Shown here: positions 49,901 through 52,276 of the stretch, piece after piece | How the letters are laid out: each line of letters opens with the position of its first letter | Position numbering within the stretch: position 1 is the first letter of the stretch | Virus record (IMG/VR): IMGVR_UViG_3300047552_000486 | Coordinates: 1-52,276 of that record | Origin: a virus | Taxonomy: Duplodnaviria; Caudoviricetes | Direction: 5' to 3' (one strand) | Length of the DNA stretch: 52,276 nucleotides | The notes under the pieces: generated by a model | The model's input: the letters and a program-made list of their open reading frames with translations, nothing else | Told to the model about the DNA's origin: nothing | The model's database searches: none | Position numbers and translations under genes: made by a program

Positions 49901-51649
49901 AGTCCATTGAGCGCAGTCAAGGGCTATGCTCAAATCGTAAACAGTTATCGCAGTACGATTGATACCACGCTCCAGATTAACCCATTGGTAATCGACCAAT
50001 CAAGTCAGTTCATTTACGACGATGTGAATCGCTTCTTGGTCAGTATTGTCGACCAATCAACTGGATTATCAGTATATGTTCACCCAGACAATCTTCGTAT
50101 CATTCGTGTACTAGATGAATTCCGTGGCGAGTATGTCAATACAATGATCATCAAGTCAAAGGTCAAAGCTGGTGACAAAGTGCTAATCACATCTACAGTG
50201 CCTGGTAGTGACCCTGGTGAAACACGCTTCCGTATTAATCAGACATGGAACACTGTTGGCGATTATCCAAATCCTCCGACAATTTACCGTGAAAATGCCA
50301 TCTCCCGCACTTATGTGACAGCGGTGTCACCTTCTACAACTGAGTTCTGGTACGATAGTCAGGACGTCCAACATCCATATGCCGATACCATTACGGTTAA
50401 AGATGCGAGTGTTCTGGTCACTAAAACAGTTGATGGCGCAAAGACTCCGTTGGAGTTCACAGACAATCGTTACTACACAATCGTTCGCGGTGTCGTGAGT
50501 ACTCAGGTAGTCGGACACTTAGTTAAGTTCAATGGTGCTGATGTTAATGAGTATGCGCTGTCTAGTGTAGACAACAGTAATTCCGTACGTGTCGATTTGA
50601 CTAGCTTTACCGACGCGACTAAGAAGCCTATTGAGCTTACTGGTAGTATTACTGGTACCACACTAACAGTTACCAGTATTATTAAACCTGAAGTAGGCCA
50701 ACGCATCATCGGCCGTGGTGTACTAGACGGTACTTATATTACTGGTGGCACTTATCCTAACTACACGGTAAATATCAGTCAAACAGTTGCTAGCACCTCA
50801 ATGACCGCATATTATAACGTCGAAGTCACCTTATATACTGGTAATCAATTGCTGGTAAACGGCGGTCAGATTCAGTATGGTAAAATTGACGTGTCTACAG
50901 GCGTAATATCTAAGTTAACCTTCTCAAAGAACACGACTTATGCTCCAGTTATCTCCGAGTACGATGAAGTCCAGAGTATTCTGACTGAAAACATCATGAT
51001 GGGTTATACAGACAAGACCATGTACGACAGTGTAATCACTGCGAATATCGAGTCCGTGGCAAATACTAATATTCTGACATTTAACAATGCGGTTGTAGCT
51101 GATGATATTACTGGTAAAGTAACCTCAAAGGCGATTGGTTCTGTTCGTAAAGGAGACAAGCTATCATTTGCCGACTCAGTAAACGTCAAACTCATGAATA
51201 CGACCTCTAATCTGGATATTGCCAATACAACAGTGGCATTCTCTGGTCTTATCGACTTCACTGATACCGGTATTACTCAATATGCCAAGGAAGGTGATAC
51301 TCTCACATTTACCAAAGGCGGCACGAGCTACGACAAGTTCAGAAATAAACAGGGTAAGCTGGTGTCTGAATTCACCGTGATTAGAAACATCAACAGCGGC
51401 AAGACCCTACAAATTGCTGAGCTGGTTGATATTGATGGTAACTGTACTGCTAAACTCAACAAGAGCGAGTACACGGTACAAGAGGTAGTGGACGTCGGAG
51501 ACACGCGCACGATAACTGTGTCAACTAACGGTGGATTACCAACCATCACTGCTGGTACAGCCGTGAAAATCAACAAAAAGACGTATGACCTACCTCTCCA
51601 GTTGGACACCACAGTCGCTGCCTCGTTCTTAAACAAACAATCACGGTAA
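34943..51649 (+). CDS. Giant 5568-aa baseplate wedge/fibre protein (gp7-position)
   Basis: Follows gp6; begins FLPEVFQT. Contains NEIKPYHV, FG-GAP-like repeats and three W/Y....Y..G..V.Y CBM5/12-like motifs; GATAAATA at 34910-34917. Confidence 0.75.
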   Translation: MAQVRTLQFLPEVFQTETNEQFLAATLDVLTSQPDMLKVQGLIGSKYGYGVTQNDKYVVESTDVRNNYQLDPAVTFLKTDTQEAVDFIDYPGIIDAIAREGGINKNHNKLFSSEFYSWDSFIDLDKIVNYAQYHWLPLGPDAILIDSDTDFSAIIGAKTYPSAAAITAGAATFVNGLKVMFTGNVTATADGFGAKFVEYYVEGVGTSIELIPVDDLLCVETCAGGIYNPWDIGRWDSGSWSIRLNVPVNPDYIVSNRRSRERNAWARGNRWFHQSVIDTVIKYNGVATTNDYNTQTRAQRPIIEFERDLALFDSGTKFGTIVDFVNDTETNAMSNVVGSDACTFTTTIKTAGSTLGQTVTTTVLDGGTIMFPHDSNSTVKKTVYTVRMIPAGPNGAKIVSLVPKVGVTIETGSAVYVAKGPSVDYLGKALQWTGSSWDESQTKVSINQPPMFDVFDSSEYKLSNDTKYIASTFKGTKLFGYTVGTGDNDAVLGFPVKYSSGASTGDFVFTVYLNEDTFTYKTTSAATTATIARVNSGFIHTNYADGTFKARNGWVKAASDSKQYQVFVFDITATNQYLLECDVVAGEEAVTLWNPVQIYLNGDYVDSSKYRVIRDTVANKTTIIFKTNPPSIGDQVSVSLLSDSVSSKAFYAIPTNLQNNPFNTEIKSVSAGDIKHFYTSIYSNAPGASGNIYGSNNLNTLGEISKYGTTIIQNSASLVLPGVFLRKTKANLGSALQYASDEYMDYKNSIIELAQKGDYSVYQTPAQILDDIIYQISSTKNEADSFFWSDMLPSGSPYKTSTYTFNATVSNTVFPLSEIYFFDRANYKGIAVYHKKIVDGNAVTKQLIRGVDYTVSTTEKSLMVSATLTKTDTIIVNEYQQTYGSYVPATPTSMGLFPASKPGVVLDETAQSPVYMLVGHDGSYTRLYGEYDATNDTLVDFRDIALLEYETRVFNNIKGTKKPPMTRASLFPGQWRTTDYTFEEILPAYTTSFMRWVGKNRINYREQFYAVGNPFSYNYNRVFNKFDKSQLKSGGWRGVYLWLYDTVNPAGAPWEMLGLTVKPEWWDKRYGVAPYTSGNLRMWEDIAAGYIWNDADADSYVDSTRVRPGLLNALPVDEAGRLMDPLKSIVGNYDSNTFKREWVAGDVGPAEASYLRSSSWPFDLMRLLSIFEPAQFYNYCVDTDDYKYDSITGQYLFNERYHLDPASVVLYGAGTSKNSYVNWIIDYINQTGEDGHSYVSDLLKNLDVRLTYKVAGFSDKDYLRFLTENSSPNSTAASLLIPDDNFAVLLYDNVASDKITYSSVVIQKTERGYTVWGNSITNPYFTVVTPSSGPLETIKIGTVSVQLSTVYDSLNTVTIAYGTEFYSLQGVAEFLRNYGRYLGDRGVQFVNTRNGVTMDWTAMIAEYLNWAQQSWSVGSTISLNPNATEFVAGKAGLIVQPLTIRERNFVLNQNLVPLQPEDIAVLRKNEQFTIRVMNEGDTVAYANMDLSCVEHAVVFDNQTIFGDTLYDKTTGLRQGRLILQGKKSASWTGSVDASGFILNQGDIAEWSSNGKYAKGTIVTYKNLYWSAKTGIQPSVDFDYTLWNQSSYDNIKRGLLPNPSTMAYEISQLYDINTANLEQDQDLLAFGLIGFRPRDYMVNAALTDTTQINVYQTLIKNKGTNQASGIFKNATPLQGALEYDVFENWAIKNGEFGSVLNSNFVEIQLRQDLLTGNPSLIGIGTDTGTVDQTVTRAELINYGVKPSTDAFLPAYTSSYIEQRGLPTAGYVNIDDTKFSVFNLMDLNYSAESLSSLYRGDIIWVASHAGSWDIFTPVSVGTVATTVKNNLNGTITLTFDSAHGLVADDYFYMTGFGTLVDGYYKVKTVGSATTLTVASALTKSKQTLVGTGIVFKLVSRRHSSPSDITNDTYSAFVKRLHWVDSDYGDNWKVMAGQVAFTASSDLQQSSGYGCAIAHSAVLGTVVADDTAVHISGYTVPLTGVHSLSVVNDSAVVFAGTSTGVYKIVKTVVDGSVTWSTTQTPTVPVAGTSHFAVSDNGLWLYVAAGTVVKTYMWNETGYANTNETIIGHEITSLATTRDGSKLVVGSAYEDADSITNDSGAAYIYARASQTFIQNIGASVPNEYNNAFPLYDWNATTTNVRVTVNSRAVTTGFSISITNNTLSFTTAPDDGATIIVDSGTLTFKQRVVSAKPHIGGNFGISVDTNRYGDEVVIGAPYELGEVDGVRNVEGAAHRFVNAGQRYGIVSAKVTTLTSDVSIFIDGYLIALTTGMTAQDVVDTINAQEPTNVNASTPSSSGAFTISLTDRTILTVHDKLDITGSDTDLAQLGITTYTHVQSITNPDYGSNTGFGAVVSLGKSEKWCSTLAISAPTGFALSEASFDAPTYDNVDNDTIFDNGATTFVDKIADCGAVYVYTLLDSESESLDNPDKYVFGQYCSITDSAGMKARPHYGSTLVVGDGAIIAGTREWSNSGDGRVVTFTSTVGSTWSVDKSASARVDVAKLRGATIYNTSTNTTIETLDYIDPSQGKLLSAVETNIDFISHVDPAVYGAGQRWGQNKIGTTWLDISNLRMMNTAQPSAVYNAKHWGEAFPGSTADIYTWIESFVAPIDYAGSGFPTSYDSYTTSVVIDRASNSLVTKYYYWVKNYDLVPVGKQLSPVTLSQYILDPVGSGIPFMGAIAPSVIALFNTGDAIHGSDSAINIGYATTSSDDGAHSDWTLIKDGEETDFLAGVPGSISELPTDMYMKYINSYMGYDMVSNTVPDTGLPSLKQTGTAFRPRQTMFTDRFVALKNFIQYANRIMAENTISETRSTFLLNKKFESGDLVANDILKKEYFNTTDYWSTVDWWATGFTANTKITIEVPTKSDLLRIGTTSTLNIGSEGIILGLSEGLVARVTKNGQGVNETYCWTSAAGWTRIGLQGGTIQFSANVYDSVTPAKSAAIYWIIRWITEQLFVDELLSHNNSSLMMMFALIQSTAPQHQNYLPWLNKTSLVDVKNTIRKLVQYKKYQRDSIDLVAGYLNEIKPYHVYIKDFSFLYKGTDTYEGAFTDFDISSQYNATSGKFESPQLVYSNPGDGQYLPTDSIWSSSAYSDWFSHNGLTFNNSQVDIVEISKLAAPISTSSASIVLTESGNLPDTGTLQIGDEQIGYKQIDRYTNTVTALVRNTNGTGASNYDANEIVYLVPEAVMVMNSARGYTSAPTITAYYDTVEYPYPPRSVASFIPTITDGKLTSIYTVTPGDGYPTNVSLRVSPSSITTKFVTDQVDSEINQIQINSHEFISGDSVVLTDLSNDGTADTNTNLKEYQYYYVGVVDANNIALYTHYRDSIDTFTTSMTKYTFLVAGTPYVNCIKLDQPVSIGNQPFNTGARVRIVLDQSAGKFAYYYISRVGMEYSNDTSVNGFAVVALHETHAEAVAGLESTRVLVSGSGKISLVARTDSKRIVFKNGTDGTISVSAQVRGFMNLGAIRQMKIGLRFDRTGYLPSITTYAKDTVYEAGDLVKYTNTDINASFVYVCDVEHISVADAPDLAKFVEINSSGIRMTGDKMGKSVDLNGLDRIAGWYEPKATMPGYTLGTKTTRKQTSDLSQIVDGTKYPHATVMDMPFAGPNTYVFTSKDVNTSNNTIKLNSTKSLSTTYSEVIYGSSNNGLYVTTTPIAVKSTAGSNVITMTSTTGIYQNSEIRFVGLPLNESINTLSSTTYFVTSVTGNNITIANTVGGSNIEMGNVVYANGTSANVSEGYSPVILNVATTMPTAKVFAAFTSVTKINGEANANSTLGGHRIELISDANIKQFDKIANGTVVKFNNSVGSIVAGQHYFVGDKADSIVVTTQTDPANNSPIINTTITNSIRLYTAANLVSTSLVTFANATPFSTTAVFNEAFANISIVDNTITLSNSTATIARANAANIYSNVTIPAANIANNAPVTINGNHYYVANKNDSNNSFKLVTTPGNATTVSIADTTGTTYAVFSGYTQPLATDFVTGDRVSAEFTEPTNSTSGYMFANVTNGIVTLHTDLAGAKAGTNPYTEIGTVGQIIRPKTLLTLVGANTGNATSYTATFDHSTDSTSFGLVNDKQYTLKIISTTGDIAVYNNVDDADADRNRVPLITAAGGQFTITELDSIIRPPAFFDTVDNYRLNGSSFIEGYGPEELVAGVLTDGLNFTVTTRPGATWDPLMSVEGAVEDVAFGNTAFNKVRITNALTPTNKVVSFKDVVANPVTVMVYTNTTTGSVRLTLDTDYTINWVDQTITLTPGSTIFPTLVPVALDIYEFGNGSQIVRSNSNRIPFRSVQTPGSSTNHSEILLNVPFSELELPSASNSYLSALVFVGTNNTDTTRLTYIDDKFSPVYGTTEHFSIEPQRSYDPVNDPYNPAKIVFSKEYTATDYVVFALSTNVIGFYTANSDDMNTITLVEGDNVKKVYLAHIVDLSTTVNFKDSISLYFYLQDRVRVYVNDMWMSTDDYAFDMVDHDQPIYDSVTGKVVGYEVVNGTSLRDVLTRGQAFAQITFYDGILATGDTVKITYGSSGIGVPETQWFGAPTATDVASNKKIFPLENYIKDGNYTAISEVEILDNNGKFKCNSTILMKAGDRITISGKLISPTTSGKIVGYTDSPTTNVWDSKTYYISETNGFTGFTLTSYYGGNPDIVTEMGTVEGLTFSIENNIVVEINGVRQDGPAPKEIFYKIVSVVGEKMHLSYPAPVYGLTEFNVKYLTVQVNGKTIPQMNTDGINANWNVNFDPLANEFYHYAADFVNERMPSPWIAADTYVLGERVIYNNAYYVCTTAIITATSTTPALDTDHWATLASYPLDPENHHYGFFDDGTPFDNQFSFNVVFNDTIASTDFTGSLAQNDIVSITYDVPPATGIKQPDVYVITERVENGALTGKYDMYVTYPFGTEDKISITTFNRTNQSNLKTQRITDAFVNEVSTVDIVAGVAPLVTTNQSHNFVTGYKVMLSGGALGELADRSYWVERVTATAFRIYNDSGLSTFDTDATISPLSAVKGYAQIVNSYRSTIDTTLQINPLVIDQSSQFIYDDVNRFLVSIVDQSTGLSVYVHPDNLRIIRVLDEFRGEYVNTMIIKSKVKAGDKVLITSTVPGSDPGETRFRINQTWNTVGDYPNPPTIYRENAISRTYVTAVSPSTTEFWYDSQDVQHPYADTITVKDASVLVTKTVDGAKTPLEFTDNRYYTIVRGVVSTQVVGHLVKFNGADVNEYALSSVDNSNSVRVDLTSFTDATKKPIELTGSITGTTLTVTSIIKPEVGQRIIGRGVLDGTYITGGTYPNYTVNISQTVASTSMTAYYNVEVTLYTGNQLLVNGGQIQYGKIDVSTGVISKLTFSKNTTYAPVISEYDEVQSILTENIMMGYTDKTMYDSVITANIESVANTNILTFNNAVVADDITGKVTSKAIGSVRKGDKLSFADSVNVKLMNTTSNLDIANTTVAFSGLIDFTDTGITQYAKEGDTLTFTKGGTSYDKFRNKQGKLVSEFTVIRNINSGKTLQIAELVDIDGNCTAKLNKSEYTVQEVVDVGDTRTITVSTNGGLPTITAGTAVKINKKTYDLPLQLDTTVAASFLNKQSR

Positions 51650-51670
51650 ATATCAATGATAAATACTCGT

Positions 51671-51805
51671 ATGACTAATGAAGTTAACCCACCAGAAGTT
51701 AAGGAAACCCAGCCACACGATACGGCTGGCTTCCACTTCTCTGGCGGCATCAAAATTACAGATCCTGAGACTAAAGAGGTCTTGGCTCATATTCGCACAG
51801 ATTAA
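51671..51805 (+). CDS. 44-aa small late protein (below the ORF track cutoff)
   Basis: MTNEVNPPEVKETQPHDTAGFHFSGGIKITDPETKEVLAHIRTD; GATAAATA at 51658-51665. Confidence 0.65.
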   Translation: MTNEVNPPEVKETQPHDTAGFHFSGGIKITDPETKEVLAHIRTD

Positions 51806-51816
51806 GGAAAAGCTCA

Positions 51817-52276
51817 GTGGACGCTACTATACAATATAACATTAAGGGACACATCACTATTCGAGATTACGTAACTCGTGAAGTCCTGGTAGACAAAGAC
51901 AATGGAATTAATTACGAAGTAATTTCCATGGCAATTGCGAATTCGTTAACAAACCGTGGCACTGGCCCAATTTACCAAATGGCATTCGGCAACGGCGGAG
52001 CTACTATTGATAGTACTGGTCTAATTACATATTTGCCATCAAATACCACTGGTTTAAATGCATCCCTGTACAATCAAACATATGCCAAGATTGTGGACGA
52101 TAACTTAATCTCCAACTTAGATCCAACTCGCAACAAAATGACCGTTAGTCATGTATCTGGTAAAACGTACAGCGATATCAAGATTCAGTGTCTACTAGAC
52201 TATGGTGAGCCAGCTGGACAGTATGCATATGATAACGCTACTGACAGTGAAGGTACATTCGTGTTTGACGAATTAG
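51817..52276 (+). CDS. Virion baseplate-associated protein, runs off the right edge
   Basis: GTG start with AAGGA SD: MDATIQYNIKGHITIRD...QMAFGNGG...CLLDYGEP...FVFDEL; no stop inside the window. Confidence 0.75.
   Translation, partial: MDATIQYNIKGHITIRDYVTREVLVDKDNGINYEVISMAIANSLTNRGTGPIYQMAFGNGGATIDSTGLITYLPSNTTGLNASLYNQTYAKIVDDNLISNLDPTRNKMTVSHVSGKTYSDIKIQCLLDYGEPAGQYAYDNATDSEGTFVFDEL

Noticed and set aside
23101-51753. Many short alternate-frame and antisense ORFs inside baseplate genes
   Set aside because: Nested in long motif-bearing ORFs, with no independent expression signals or recognisable motifs.
1-52276. Stop-codon reassignment, tRNA genes, introns/inteins, DGR
   Set aside because: TAA, TAG and TGA all end intact genes, and core genes are uninterrupted. 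No tRNA or template/variable repeat pair was recognised by eye, though no scan was run.

Overview
52 kb of a large T4-like (myovirus-type) phage genome, standard genetic code. Minus strand: head module (portal gp20, small and acidic core proteins, protease gp21, scaffold gp22, major capsid gp23), preceded by a tape-measure-like protein with a peptidase M15 domain and followed by two paralogous fibre-like genes. Middle: gp47/gp46, a Holliday-junction resolvase, two homing-endonuclease-like genes and a gp55-like late sigma factor. Plus strand: baseplate module (gp48/54-like, gp53, gp27-like, gp5-like, gp25, gp6, a 5568-aa wedge/fibre protein). A late-promoter motif NNTAAATA precedes most structural genes; sigma70 promoters precede gp55 and one early gene. 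Top observations: (1) a ~490 bp non-coding block of GNA-triloop hairpins and direct repeats next to a 376-aa minimal family-A/T7-like polymerase-fold gene lacking the steric-gate Glu, a candidate hairpin-directed primase/origin module; (2) a -1 frameshift signal (T TTT TTC plus 3' stem-loop) fusing the gp26-like and gp51-like ORFs; (3) a structured leader and frameshift in a GIY-YIG gene; (4) probable leaderless late mRNAs. All protein calls rest on motifs recognised by eye; no database searches were run.
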